This document shows, piece by piece, positions 1 through 11,126 of a stretch of 64,000 bases of DNA. The first letter of the stretch is position 1, and each line of letters opens with the position of its first letter. Location: positions 1 through 64,000 of the IMG/VR virus record IMGVR_UViG_3300010354_000002; one strand, 5' to 3'. The position numbers and the translations under genes are program-made. Below the pieces are notes generated by a model. It was not told where the DNA came from. It searched no databases and saw nothing but the letters and a program-made list of their open reading frames with translations. Origin of the DNA: a virus.

Positions 1-174
1 CCAGAGTCTCTTGCGGAAAACGACACTTTGGACAAAGCAGTCCGAATCCATTCCAAACCGTTGGATGAAACCGATCCTGACAAAATTAACGCTGAGTTGT
101 CGGATCTGATCCATAACGATGCGTTTCAGCGTAGAATTTTGCGTGGACTTTTGGCGTCCGTTGCGAAGGATTGA
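1..174 (+). CDS. 3' end of an upstream head-region protein (partial)
   Basis: Frame 1 is open from the window edge to TGA at 172-174 (…LDKAVRIH…VAKD*), just before the next ATG. Confidence 0.6.
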   Translation, partial: PESLAENDTLDKAVRIHSKPLDETDPDKINAELSDLIHNDAFQRRILRGLLASVAKD

Positions 175-176
175 AA

Positions 177-3100
177 ATGGGTAACGACAAGACATTCAAG
201 CCTACTTCGTCAATGATTGCGGCAGCGAAGCGGGCTTTGGCATGGAAAGATCAAGGGCATCCCGGTGGTACGCGTATTGGATTGACTCGTGCTAATCAAA
301 TTGCTTCAGGTCGCCCATTGAGTCTCTCCACCGTGAAACGGATGCATTCATTCTTCAGTCGCCATGCTGTTGATCGCAAGGCTACGGGATTCAAAACCGG
401 TGAAGAAGGGTTCCCGTCGCCGGGGCGAGTGGCGTGGGATTTGTGGGGCGGGAATGCTGGTCGAACGTGGGCTGCTCGGATTAGTCAATCATCAGACATT
501 GTAAAAGCGGAAACCCCCGAGCCAATCGGAAATGTTCAGTTCGGCAAAGGTGGCAAACAGTTCGACCCATCAAAGGTTTTGCCGCGTGGAAATCCTGCGG
601 ATTATGCAGGAGTTACCCCCGGGCATCAAGGTTACTTCCCCCAACACTTGCCAGATAATGCTTCACAAGATAAATGGCATTCACGCCAACCCACTTCTGA
701 TCTGATCCGAGCAAGCGCACGCCTTGAAGACAGGGCACGATCAGAAGGCAAGGCGATGGAACTTATTACGCCTGAAAAATACCATAACCTATTGGCAAGC
801 CGTGGCGTTCATCCAGACGAGATGGCGTTGTTTGGTGTTCACAAGGAACAATCGGATTTCCACCCGTCCAAAGGTCGAACCGCCATAGGCTGGCATAACG
901 AGGTTCTCAACCGGGGTGTTGGGTATGCCACTCGTCAATTCCCACAAGATGGCCCGGTTAGTCTTGGTCACCTAAGCGTGAACACTATGCATAACGGCGA
1001 TCAAGTTCCGTATGGAGAAAGCCTGTTTTCAATTTCGGCACCACACCACACATTTTCCAATAACGTTTTCCCAAAGTCTTATCATCATATGTCTGGAAAT
1101 GGCATGCTCCTTTTCTGGCATAGGTTTGAAACATTGCCCGATCCCGAAAAACCAAACGGGAAAACCATCTTTACGCAAGAGGTGCAGTCCGATGCCAATC
1201 AAGGTTGGCGCAAGGAAGGCGATCCTCAGGCTTATGGTCGCCAATCATGGAATGAAAAAGATTATGCCCCTCTAACCGATGTGTTGTGGAGGAGTGATGA
1301 GGATGCGCAAAGGCGAGCCGGACATAAAGAGAATAATGGCGAAATAGCCCATCCCGAAACCTACAGCCCTAATCATGTTGTGCCGCCGTTTGGCGACAAT
1401 TGGGAGGAAGAGGCTGTCCCTTGGATGTTGCATGACGCCATTGTAAATCATGGTGCCAGTGGAATTATTCTGCCTCCTCACGATCCAGATGCTGGAATGA
1501 TTCACAACGGAGAAGTTGAGCAAGGTCCTGATGAACACATTGCGCGTCGGTATGGCAAGACTATTCCCGACATAATCAAGGCTATTCATGCCGCATGGGG
1601 TGGCGATCTTAAGGAACGCACGGTTTCTGACTTTGTAAGTAGTAAGAAGAAGTCAGTGCCGGAATATCGCAATCTGCTCCAACGACTGCCCGATGTATCC
1701 AATCTTGTTACATACAACATAGCCGACGAGGCGTCTGCGCATGCGGATAGCATTATTGGGGATGGTTCGGCGGAGCAAGTATACAGACTCTTGCGATTGC
1801 TAGGGCGTCGAAAAGATCTCGATCCAGACGAAATGCATCCTCAAGGGACTACAGATAACCCTCACGCCATAACGCCAAGTGCCTTTGATATGCAACGGTT
1901 GTTGCATCTACTTATGATGCGTTCAAGGGCAGAGTCACCGCAGACCGACAACCTTGAAATAAGAATGACCGATCCGAAATCAGGCGACAGGATAAATCAT
2001 GGGCCTTACAGGCTAACCTCTCCGCACTCACTCGGTCTTGAAGGTCGTGCGACTCGTCATAGGTTCAATGAAAACGAATTTTCTAGGTCATATACGAGAT
2101 GGCTGCCCAACAAAGACTTGGGTTTGGATGGACATGCCTATGATTTGAATTATCTCAACGATCATGCACGTGATCATAACTCAGTGCAACAATCCATGTA
2201 CAACATGGTATTGAACCATCTCGCCAACACCAAGGCGTTTGGGGGCAACAACGAAAACGTTGATCATATAGATGTGTCTGTAAAACCACATCGTATTGCA
2301 AGTGGCCTTGGCCTTCTTGACCTCAAAGATCAAAATGGGCATTCTTACAGGTTGGACCCAAGCATTCTGACCTACAAGCGCAGATATCAGGCATATGAAT
2401 TAGCAAATCTTTTGAGCCAACAATCTAGGGGCGATGCGGACATTCCAATGCAATTGGCATCTGATGCACGCCGCGTGTTTGGCAATTACAAGACGCGTTA
2501 CGATGACAAATACTCTCAAGATCATACTGGACTGCCCGTTTATCACTATCGTTTTCCGCAGGAGATGGTTGACTACTTCCAACAACACAAGTACTCGCCG
2601 TTCCGAGGCTTGAAACGGTTCCTCCGCGCCGGCGATCACCTGCGTAACGTAGTCAAGTCTGCAAAGCCGCGTCCCATAATTATTGCCATCAAGGCAACTC
2701 CTGCGGATGAAAATGTAACACCCGTTAAATTCGGGAAGGGAGGGAAGCCATTTGATCCATCACAAATTGTTCCAAAAGGTAATCCCAACGACTACGGAGG
2801 GCACACTTCTCCGTTCAGTTTGAGTGGTGATCCAAGGTCGGACTTGCTACGCGCGTCTCAACGTATTGTTGACCGTGCCAAACTGTCCGGTACGGAGCAC
2901 TCTCCACTCAATCCGTCTCAATACCATAATCTGTTGCTAAGTCGCGGTGTTGACCCATATGAGATAGCCCTCCATGGAGTACACAAGGATCAGCATCCGA
3001 CAGATTCGCTTCATACCCCAAGCGGTTGGAACGACATTGTAAAAAACAACGGTCTTCAATACATCACAAAAGTCCATTCAAGCAACAACAAATATGGCGA

Positions 3101-6100
3101 AGCGATTCCAAACGACAGCGCACAGCACGGCGCGGCTCGTAAGCCGCGCCTATTCCAATATAGTTTCACGACAAAAGTGCATCAAAAAACAATTCCCTAC
3201 TACGAAGATGTCCTTCAGTTTGGGACTACGCATCCCGGCAAAGAAATAAATCAGTCTCTATTTCCGCATTCCAGACATCATTACGGTGGCACGAACGATA
3301 GCCTGATGCTGACCCATGCCCGCTACGAGGTTATCCCGGACAGTAAGAACCCGGGCAAGAACATAGTTGTCATCCAAGAAGTTCAATCAGACCCAAATCA
3401 AAATTGGAGAAAATCCGCTAGCAAGTCGTCCGGTCGCCGTGCCGTCGAAACGGACTTTGCGCCTCCCGAAGATGTATTTCATCGCAATGGATACGAGAGG
3501 ATGACAATAGGAAAAGAGCGAATCGCAAATGGCGATGTGAAAGATCCTGCTAACTATAATTCGCAAGCGACTGTGCCGCCGTTTGGTGACCAATGGGAGG
3601 AAGAGGCTGTCCCGTGGATACTTCACAATGCGGTAGTGCGTCACAACGCCAGTGCGGTCATGTTCCCGCATCAAGATTGGCAGAATGGTCAGATCGGCAA
3701 CACTGACGATCATGTTGCTCGGCGTAATGGACAAACACTGCCGTCAATTGTCAATCAAATTCAAAAGGCTTGGGGAGGAAACGTTAGTCAAGAATCAATT
3801 GACGATCACCTTGACACTGAGTATGTGCCTAAAGAGTTATATGACTTACTGGAAGACGTGCGTTTTCAATGGCCAATTCATAAACTCCTGAAAACAGCCA
3901 ACATTGGCTTGCATAAAAAAATGCATGGCTCCACGTTGTCAAATTTGTCTGACAGCCGCGACGAATTGTTTAATTTCGTCACTGAAAATGCCAATATAGT
4001 CAACTCAAATGGCGAAATCACTTCGCGGAAACCCGTATTAACGGATCGTGTCATTGATAACATTACTCAGTGGTTAAATTCTCGGGACGACACCGAACGA
4101 AATGATTTGCAAATCAAATTCATTGATCCTGACAAAGGCCAAGTGTTTTCAGGATATATACCTGCCATTTTTGATTGGGGGGTCAGGTCAATAAAGGATC
4201 ACATCCGTAACGACGGTGCAGACAGTTATAGGGTTTTGCCGCATCCAACATCTGCACATAATGAAAAATCAGTGGTAGTGCCTGATGGCGATGTTGATGC
4301 AAATTATATTTATGACTATTATCCAGAACTTTTGTCATTTCACAACAGAATGGCAGATCAAATGACGCAACCTGTACAAGACAGATATAGTGCGCATATT
4401 CGTGACAGCAGCCCAATTAAACAACAAATGACAGATCCCAATGTCTTTCAAGACTCAGGTCAATATGACAAGTTGCTCAAACAACTACAAGACCTCATCG
4501 AAAACAATTCGTGGGAAATGCATACTTCTTCGCCATGGCTGGACAATTTCTTCAATACAAATCGGTTCGTAGACGCAAATGGCGAATTATTTACTATCGC
4601 AAGTCCAGTATACAAAGAAAAAATTTCGCCTACTGACATGCAGAGACGACTTTCTGATATGAATAACCCCGGTCAATTGTCAGGCCTTCCTGCGTTGGAA
4701 AGACTACAAGATATGAGGGATGATCTTCAAAAGAATGGTTTGCCTCAACAACCACATGCAACGATGCCTTTGGTCACATACCGCATTCCTGATGAGATGA
4801 GCGACTTTTTCCGTACGCATGGATATTCTCCATTTGGCGGTATCAAAAAGTTTTTGAATGCCTCTCCTAACCTGCAACGGCTGGTCAAGGGGTTGCATAA
4901 CAACGCCAAGGCCGTCGTCATTGTGAAAGCAAATCCAGAGAATGAACCGAATCAACCGTCGCAATTTGGCAAGGGCGGAAAGCCATTTGATCCATCCAAA
5001 ATCATTGCTCGCGGCGAACCGTCCGATTATCCGGGGAAAACAATAGATCCGTCTGCACACCACGATTTTCAATGGATGGGTTTCAGGCCGTTTAATCCCG
5101 ACAACTCACAACGTTTGAAGTCATCTTCTCATCATGTCAGCCTTCAAACGATACACAGGAGTGACCTATTGCGTGCCGTGGATCGCATTGCGAACCGTTC
5201 TATAAAGCAGGGGACTGCCAACAGTCTTATTACCGCAGACAAGTACCACGATCTATTGGCTAGCAGAGGCGTCCATCCTGAAGAAATGGCTCTGCACGGA
5301 GTTCACAAGGGGCAATCAAATATTCACCCCGCCGAAGGCAGGACGGCGATTGGCTGGGCGCAGCAAGCACGAAAAAGCCCAGTTTCGTATTTCAACATTG
5401 ACACGCATCAAATGCCCAACATTGCGTTTCACGATTCGTCGCCAGATACGCGTTACCGAGAAATCGTTTTTCACATGATGCCTATAGAACATTATACGTG
5501 GCCCACCGATTTGCATCAGTTTTCTACGTCTGGTGCGCATTACCGTTCATATGGTCAGGGATTGCCATTGCACCACGCTCGTCTTGAAGAAGAGCATTGG
5601 CCGGATCATGGAAAAACATGGGTCGTTCAGGAAATTCAGAATGACGTTGCGCAGAAATACATACGCAACGCCCAGAAAACAAAGGCAGAGGTTGATGGTG
5701 TTGTTTACGACAAAAACAATCCTCCAACGGTTAACCATGATGACTTTGCCCCATTGCATGACGTCGCTCATCAGACACCAGAGGAGGCTACAGAGCGAGC
5801 AAAACTAGGCAATAGGCTGATGCGGGGTAGACATGGCCAGTTGTCAGTAGTTCCGTTGTTGATGCCTCCAATGGCGGACACATGGGACACACATGAAGTG
5901 TTGCCATGGCTTGTTGCGTCTGCCATTGACTCTGGAGCGACCGGGATGACATTGCCCCATGAATCATGGGAAAACGGCCAGATCGTTGACAAATCTGCAA
6001 TCAAGCCTCATCTCAAGCGTCGTTACGGCACTACCTTGCCTGAATCGCTGAGGGAGTTGCACAAGCAATGGGGCGGCATATTGCAGACGTCGTCGCTCAA

Positions 6101-7067
6101 GGAGTTGAGCGGGAACCGCTATCCTGAGTCTAGACGTCGTGCTGAAGTAGAAGAGGCATTCAAAGAACTGGACAAAAACCCGATTGTTGGAGTGCTTGAA
6201 GAAGGTGGACGTAAACTTCACGAAAAGTTCAATGACAAGGACAACCTTAGGGGAAATGTCACCGTTCATAAACGGGTTGATGGCGATCTTGAACAACACC
6301 AGTTGGATTTGACAGACGACGAAGTTGATCAAGTGCATCGCGAATTGCAAAACGAGATTGGAGACGAGATCGGCCATCACAACTCAGGCTATGTTCGTGT
6401 TCTGATACCAAATAAGAACATTGAACTAAGCCGAATCTGGGGAGTACGTCCATACGGTTTGGCGGAAAACGACATTAGAGATCGCATCGCTAATCGGAGT
6501 CAAACCAAAGAGGAAACAGAACATGCGCATCGCATGTCCTTGCCCGAGCGTGCCACTGATTTGGCTCATGCATCTATGGATGCACATTACGGCGTACTGA
6601 ACAACTTGTCTGCGGAAATTGAGGATCACAACGACTGGAATCCCGACAATCAGATTGAAGATGATGATGACATGGTTTTTGAGTTTGGTTGGCCGCACCA
6701 GTTAGAGTCAACATGGATTTCTCCAATAAAGTCAAGAACACTTCTAGAAATCAACCGCGCCCCATATTCAGTGCAGGTAAAGCGGAAAGTTGGCGACATA
6801 TGGAATGCCAGACCTAGTACGAATGCACGTCAGGATGCCTATTCTTTGATGCTGAGACTTCAGAACAAAGAGCATCCTTACCGTGAGTCTCCAGTTATGT
6901 ATTGGAAGTTCCCACCGGAACTGATAGATCATGTAACCAAACATGGCTACGCCCCATGGTCTGGAGCGCGATTTGGCAGGGCATTTGACCACTTGCGGAA
7001 CGTCGTAAAATCCGTTGGCAAACAGTCGGTTGTGATCATGGCGGGAAGTAGTGGTAGACGAAAATGA
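177..7067 (+). CDS. Giant head-associated polyprotein: N-terminal conserved phage domain plus three tandem QSD-domain modules
   Basis: About 2296 aa; AAGGA RBS before ATG 177. N-terminal RANQIA…TVKRMHSFFSRH…GRVAWDLWGG motif typical of phage head-region proteins. Three repeats each begin FGKGGK[QP]FDPS and contain QE[VI]Q[SN]D. Confidence 0.85.
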   Translation: MGNDKTFKPTSSMIAAAKRALAWKDQGHPGGTRIGLTRANQIASGRPLSLSTVKRMHSFFSRHAVDRKATGFKTGEEGFPSPGRVAWDLWGGNAGRTWAARISQSSDIVKAETPEPIGNVQFGKGGKQFDPSKVLPRGNPADYAGVTPGHQGYFPQHLPDNASQDKWHSRQPTSDLIRASARLEDRARSEGKAMELITPEKYHNLLASRGVHPDEMALFGVHKEQSDFHPSKGRTAIGWHNEVLNRGVGYATRQFPQDGPVSLGHLSVNTMHNGDQVPYGESLFSISAPHHTFSNNVFPKSYHHMSGNGMLLFWHRFETLPDPEKPNGKTIFTQEVQSDANQGWRKEGDPQAYGRQSWNEKDYAPLTDVLWRSDEDAQRRAGHKENNGEIAHPETYSPNHVVPPFGDNWEEEAVPWMLHDAIVNHGASGIILPPHDPDAGMIHNGEVEQGPDEHIARRYGKTIPDIIKAIHAAWGGDLKERTVSDFVSSKKKSVPEYRNLLQRLPDVSNLVTYNIADEASAHADSIIGDGSAEQVYRLLRLLGRRKDLDPDEMHPQGTTDNPHAITPSAFDMQRLLHLLMMRSRAESPQTDNLEIRMTDPKSGDRINHGPYRLTSPHSLGLEGRATRHRFNENEFSRSYTRWLPNKDLGLDGHAYDLNYLNDHARDHNSVQQSMYNMVLNHLANTKAFGGNNENVDHIDVSVKPHRIASGLGLLDLKDQNGHSYRLDPSILTYKRRYQAYELANLLSQQSRGDADIPMQLASDARRVFGNYKTRYDDKYSQDHTGLPVYHYRFPQEMVDYFQQHKYSPFRGLKRFLRAGDHLRNVVKSAKPRPIIIAIKATPADENVTPVKFGKGGKPFDPSQIVPKGNPNDYGGHTSPFSLSGDPRSDLLRASQRIVDRAKLSGTEHSPLNPSQYHNLLLSRGVDPYEIALHGVHKDQHPTDSLHTPSGWNDIVKNNGLQYITKVHSSNNKYGEAIPNDSAQHGAARKPRLFQYSFTTKVHQKTIPYYEDVLQFGTTHPGKEINQSLFPHSRHHYGGTNDSLMLTHARYEVIPDSKNPGKNIVVIQEVQSDPNQNWRKSASKSSGRRAVETDFAPPEDVFHRNGYERMTIGKERIANGDVKDPANYNSQATVPPFGDQWEEEAVPWILHNAVVRHNASAVMFPHQDWQNGQIGNTDDHVARRNGQTLPSIVNQIQKAWGGNVSQESIDDHLDTEYVPKELYDLLEDVRFQWPIHKLLKTANIGLHKKMHGSTLSNLSDSRDELFNFVTENANIVNSNGEITSRKPVLTDRVIDNITQWLNSRDDTERNDLQIKFIDPDKGQVFSGYIPAIFDWGVRSIKDHIRNDGADSYRVLPHPTSAHNEKSVVVPDGDVDANYIYDYYPELLSFHNRMADQMTQPVQDRYSAHIRDSSPIKQQMTDPNVFQDSGQYDKLLKQLQDLIENNSWEMHTSSPWLDNFFNTNRFVDANGELFTIASPVYKEKISPTDMQRRLSDMNNPGQLSGLPALERLQDMRDDLQKNGLPQQPHATMPLVTYRIPDEMSDFFRTHGYSPFGGIKKFLNASPNLQRLVKGLHNNAKAVVIVKANPENEPNQPSQFGKGGKPFDPSKIIARGEPSDYPGKTIDPSAHHDFQWMGFRPFNPDNSQRLKSSSHHVSLQTIHRSDLLRAVDRIANRSIKQGTANSLITADKYHDLLASRGVHPEEMALHGVHKGQSNIHPAEGRTAIGWAQQARKSPVSYFNIDTHQMPNIAFHDSSPDTRYREIVFHMMPIEHYTWPTDLHQFSTSGAHYRSYGQGLPLHHARLEEEHWPDHGKTWVVQEIQNDVAQKYIRNAQKTKAEVDGVVYDKNNPPTVNHDDFAPLHDVAHQTPEEATERAKLGNRLMRGRHGQLSVVPLLMPPMADTWDTHEVLPWLVASAIDSGATGMTLPHESWENGQIVDKSAIKPHLKRRYGTTLPESLRELHKQWGGILQTSSLKELSGNRYPESRRRAEVEEAFKELDKNPIVGVLEEGGRKLHEKFNDKDNLRGNVTVHKRVDGDLEQHQLDLTDDEVDQVHRELQNEIGDEIGHHNSGYVRVLIPNKNIELSRIWGVRPYGLAENDIRDRIANRSQTKEETEHAHRMSLPERATDLAHASMDAHYGVLNNLSAEIEDHNDWNPDNQIEDDDDMVFEFGWPHQLESTWISPIKSRTLLEINRAPYSVQVKRKVGDIWNARPSTNARQDAYSLMLRLQNKEHPYRESPVMYWKFPPELIDHVTKHGYAPWSGARFGRAFDHLRNVVKSVGKQSVVIMAGSSGRRK

Positions 7068-9871
7068 GTCAGGATGCAATCAGGGTCAACGCAAGCGCGT
7101 GTTGCAAGTTCTTTGACTATGAGGACGCGCTCGTTCAGATGATTTCCAAAAGTGTCAATGAGGGCGTGGACCCTATTGGCTCTCGCATTGACCCTGACAC
7201 AGGTATTCGCTACGCTGCGTACGAACCCGCAAAGTGGAAAGATGTCTCGTCTAAGACAGGACGATCACGGCTTGCTGACAACAAGGCATTCAAGCAAAAA
7301 TTTGGCAAGTTGATTGATCTCTCCAAGGGCGACCCCATTGGGGTTCGGCTCAACATCAACTTCCTAAACAATTTCGGTGTTCCAGTCCAATCTGTGCATC
7401 AAGCCAAGACGGCCAATCCATGGTCCGAGCCAGTTGTTGCGTATTCCCATGCAGTAACTGTTCGTAATCCAGAGTTTCAAGTGCATCAGAAAGGCGTGTA
7501 TGAAATAGCGAATCGCATAAAATCTAAATATCCAATGGCGGCAGTTGTTGGTGAATATGTGCCTACGCCTCCAGACATGCATCGCGTGGAAGGCGAAATC
7601 GTTTCCTTCAACCCAATGCGTTCGCACCTATTCACTACTGTTGTCAATGACAGGCATGTACCGGTCAAATCTGTGCGCGGCACAGTCACGATCCATGGCA
7701 CACGAGTTTATGTACACCCGGGTAGCACAGTTGAATATTGGGGAGATGATGCGCCCGAACCGTATCGCCCAGTTGTCAAGGCAGTAGAGAATGCCAATGA
7801 ACAGGCGGGAAACGCAATAAAATTTGGCAAAGGGGGCAAACCCTTTGACCCATCGCAGATTGTGCCACGTGGCAACCCCTTGAATTATCCCGGCAGAACG
7901 TCCTACCCGTCTAGAGGAGTCGCCGCTGGATCGAGTCTATTATCCACACACCGATCCGATCTACTACGTGCGGCAGGGAGACTTAGTAGTCTAGCCGATA
8001 TAAAGGGCACCACTCACGAACTCATAACGCCTCACAAATATTTCAATCTTTTGACCAGCCGGGGCGTTCACCCAGACGAAGCCGCCATTTTTGGCGTTCA
8101 CAAAGGACAAGCCAACTTGCATCCCGCCGAAGGCATGACGGCCAAGGACTGGGAGAAATCCGTATATGACAGGGGAATCAGTTATGCTACGTCTGAATAT
8201 ACTGGCGACGACATCCAACTTCCCGGCATGCATTTTAAAACCATGGACACTTCGTTGCGTCCTGAATACAAAGAATGGTCCAAGACACTTGGATCAAACA
8301 AATACGCAAGCAATTTAAAAGCAGAAGGCATTCTGTCTGCGGCAAATTTAGCCCATTTTCCACATCCCACAGTGGGAATGTCGTTGCAACACGCTCGTTT
8401 TACAGATGAAACATGGCCTGAAAAGGGTCGCACGTTAGTCCTTCAAGAGGCGCAAAACGACGTTGCGCAAAAATGGAAAAAAACCGCAAGCCGTATCAAA
8501 GAGGCTACGTCTGGGGTTCGGGATGCAAAAGCCACCGAAGCCGACTTGTTGCCATTGCATGACGTACTATGGCAACCCGGAAGTCATTTTATGAATTTGG
8601 GGGGCCTTCAACGCACCCTTAGCGGCATGCCGGTAGTAGTGCCTCCAATGGCAGAGTCAAATGGAGGCTGGGACTATGCAGAATTTATGCCTTGGCTAGT
8701 GTCCACGGCAATTGAGCATGGTTATAAAGGTGTCACATTGCCGCATCCTAAATGGATGAATGGATACGTTGAGGATCGTCCCGAGCAACATGTCAGCCGT
8801 AGAGCCGAGCGTCTTGCCGAGGCTATGCAAGCAATGCATCAGGCATGGGGAGGGGAACTGACAAAGGATTCATTGGAGAACCTAAGTGGTCGCCCTGCGC
8901 TTACGGGTGATTTGAACGGTTACTACAACGCTATGCGCGAACGTCCAATCTTAAGTTGGCTTGGGGATGCATCAAAGGAAATCCATCAGAAAGCGAATGA
9001 CCAAGAATGGGTTTCGTCTCAGTTGAAAAAGTCAAGGCCCGATGATGCTTCTGGAGAGTTGGATGATCGCGTCTGGTCTGATTGGCAAAAAAACGTCCTC
9101 AACAAACCGATTAGTTTCAACCTTGCTATTGAGTTGCCCACGAAAACAGGTCAAATAGCAAAACCCATATCATTGAGCACAGACCAATGGGGCAATATAA
9201 TATCGTGGCATGACGACCAATTTAGTTTGCCGATAAATCCAAGTGGACGCCTTGCAGATCCATTGGGGCCGTTTGAAGGGCATGTATACGGTCCGGGCGA
9301 AAATATGAGCGTGGGGCAGATTGAGAGTTGGAACGACAAATTTGAAAGACTTCAAATCGCTGTACATAAGGCGATTGCCAGACATAACAATGAAGCATTT
9401 CAGAATCCATCTTCTGACAATGTGCCGTTGTCACCTGAAGATCATGTGACTCTTCAATTGCATATGGCTGAACCGTTCGTAAGTCAGGACAAGGGCGATC
9501 TTGTCGTGGGGCCGTTGGTGCCTTTTGCCTCAACCAAAGTCAAAGTTTCAGATTTGGCAAACCTTAATCCAACTCCCTACCCGGATCTGATGAAGCGCAA
9601 TAACCCATTAGTCGAACCTATCAGTTGGAAGGATGTTGGCTGGAGAACCATGCCTGTGTGGCACTGGCAATTCCCTCAAGAATTGATTGATCATGTTATG
9701 ACGCACGGCTACGCGCCATTCCGCGGCTTGGAAAAGTTCAATCGCGCCAACGAGCATCTGCGCAATGTAACGAAGGCAGTTCGACAAAACACTTCAAGGA
9801 TGCGCCGCAGGCCGGTGATCATACACTGGAACAGCCCTGTACAATCGTCATACGCATCCCGCTCCCGATGA
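7064..9871 (+). CDS. Two-module head-associated protein: unknown N-terminal domain plus a fourth QSD module
   Basis: 935 aa; ATGA overlap with the previous gene. KFGKGGKPFDPS, SRGVHPDE, HARF, QEAQND and HGYAPF motifs are shared with the 177 protein. Confidence 0.85.
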   Translation: MSQDAIRVNASACCKFFDYEDALVQMISKSVNEGVDPIGSRIDPDTGIRYAAYEPAKWKDVSSKTGRSRLADNKAFKQKFGKLIDLSKGDPIGVRLNINFLNNFGVPVQSVHQAKTANPWSEPVVAYSHAVTVRNPEFQVHQKGVYEIANRIKSKYPMAAVVGEYVPTPPDMHRVEGEIVSFNPMRSHLFTTVVNDRHVPVKSVRGTVTIHGTRVYVHPGSTVEYWGDDAPEPYRPVVKAVENANEQAGNAIKFGKGGKPFDPSQIVPRGNPLNYPGRTSYPSRGVAAGSSLLSTHRSDLLRAAGRLSSLADIKGTTHELITPHKYFNLLTSRGVHPDEAAIFGVHKGQANLHPAEGMTAKDWEKSVYDRGISYATSEYTGDDIQLPGMHFKTMDTSLRPEYKEWSKTLGSNKYASNLKAEGILSAANLAHFPHPTVGMSLQHARFTDETWPEKGRTLVLQEAQNDVAQKWKKTASRIKEATSGVRDAKATEADLLPLHDVLWQPGSHFMNLGGLQRTLSGMPVVVPPMAESNGGWDYAEFMPWLVSTAIEHGYKGVTLPHPKWMNGYVEDRPEQHVSRRAERLAEAMQAMHQAWGGELTKDSLENLSGRPALTGDLNGYYNAMRERPILSWLGDASKEIHQKANDQEWVSSQLKKSRPDDASGELDDRVWSDWQKNVLNKPISFNLAIELPTKTGQIAKPISLSTDQWGNIISWHDDQFSLPINPSGRLADPLGPFEGHVYGPGENMSVGQIESWNDKFERLQIAVHKAIARHNNEAFQNPSSDNVPLSPEDHVTLQLHMAEPFVSQDKGDLVVGPLVPFASTKVKVSDLANLNPTPYPDLMKRNNPLVEPISWKDVGWRTMPVWHWQFPQELIDHVMTHGYAPFRGLEKFNRANEHLRNVTKAVRQNTSRMRRRPVIIHWNSPVQSSYASRSR

Positions 9872-11124
9872 TAGACTCTGACAAACGGAACTCAGGTGAC
9901 ATGATGGAAAACATTCCAACGCAAATTTCTCCGATGCATCTCGGGGAACTGTCTCGGCTTACAAAAATCCCGCTGTGGAATCCAGACGATCCGCTTTATT
10001 CCGTGCAGGATTCCACATTGATGAACAACCCTTGGCTGCGGGATTCCACGAGGATTCACATTCCTCTCGGCTCTCTATTCGCCGAAAAAGCCATTTCGGT
10101 GCCATCCTTTGCTCCGTCTATCCCAGAGTCTAATATTGACCCGGTAGGCCGCGTGGGTAGTCAGCCGTCTACGGCTCGTGTTAAGACCGGCACAACCCCC
10201 GGCGGGTTGTCTGCCGCACTGGAAGACCCAGACAAAGTTGCAATGGCAAACCATCTTCTAGCGGCGTTGGAGGTTGATCCTCGCACGCAGAGCAGCGCAT
10301 TGTTGCACCGTGCTGGCATTGGCCCTCACCGCATTCGATTCCGCCCGAAATTTGGCGGTTGGGAGGAGGAAGGCAGGCCGCATGTTGACCCGTACCTTGC
10401 GGTTGACGTTCCTTCGGACAGACAAGGCAATCCCGAAGACCATATCATTCAACGTCTGCGGCATATCTTTGGCCAGACTGCTGTTGGAACTGAAAAAGCC
10501 ACGCATGCCGCAGGCAATCCGAATGCAATTGGTATTCGTGGTGATTTTGACAGGCCGTTTAGCGAGCGAGAGGCTCTGGAATTGACGCAAAAAATGGTGC
10601 AGGGCGGTGGTGGTTTTGCGCCGGACGTGTATCCCGGTGACAGTCATGCCCGGTCAATTTTGTATCCATCTTCAAGCCACCCCAGCAATCCAACACTGTC
10701 GGAAGCCACGGGTGGCGATCAAGGTTATCGTGGTGGAGTAATCCCATATCATCATATGGCGTCCATTCAACAGGCCGCCGATGCGGCCGACAGGGTTCTC
10801 CGTGACCATGGGGCACGCAACACTCGTATTTTCGGCCTGAAGACGGGATATTTCGATCCCGAGATCGCACCGGACATCATGGGACATCCCGGTGTACAGG
10901 AAGCAGTTGAACGACTGGCTGCAATTCGTCAGGGACGATACGGCCTTGCGAAGGGCGTGGAAGATGCACCGGAATCCGAGGATGACATGAATGCAAAAGT
11001 CGCCAAGGTGATGCAAGAATTCAAGGATGGGACATTGAAAACCAGTTCTGGCGAGACTGTTACAGACCGAGATCAGGCAATTGCGATTGCCTTGTCCGAG
11101 GCTGGTAACTCCCGCAAGGGGTAA
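9868..11124 (+). CDS. Head-associated protein with C-terminal DUF6496-like domain
   Basis: C-terminus KVAKVMQEFKDGTLKTSSGETVTDRDQAIAIALSEAG, preceded by LAKG. Start could be 9901. Confidence 0.7.
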   Translation: MIDSDKRNSGDMMENIPTQISPMHLGELSRLTKIPLWNPDDPLYSVQDSTLMNNPWLRDSTRIHIPLGSLFAEKAISVPSFAPSIPESNIDPVGRVGSQPSTARVKTGTTPGGLSAALEDPDKVAMANHLLAALEVDPRTQSSALLHRAGIGPHRIRFRPKFGGWEEEGRPHVDPYLAVDVPSDRQGNPEDHIIQRLRHIFGQTAVGTEKATHAAGNPNAIGIRGDFDRPFSEREALELTQKMVQGGGGFAPDVYPGDSHARSILYPSSSHPSNPTLSEATGGDQGYRGGVIPYHHMASIQQAADAADRVLRDHGARNTRIFGLKTGYFDPEIAPDIMGHPGVQEAVERLAAIRQGRYGLAKGVEDAPESEDDMNAKVAKVMQEFKDGTLKTSSGETVTDRDQAIAIALSEAGNSRKG

Positions 11125-11126
11125 TC

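Noticed and set aside
177-9871. Inteins or assembly duplication explaining the repeated modules
   Set aside because: No intein terminal motifs or LAGLIDADG motifs were seen, and the copies are highly diverged at DNA level.
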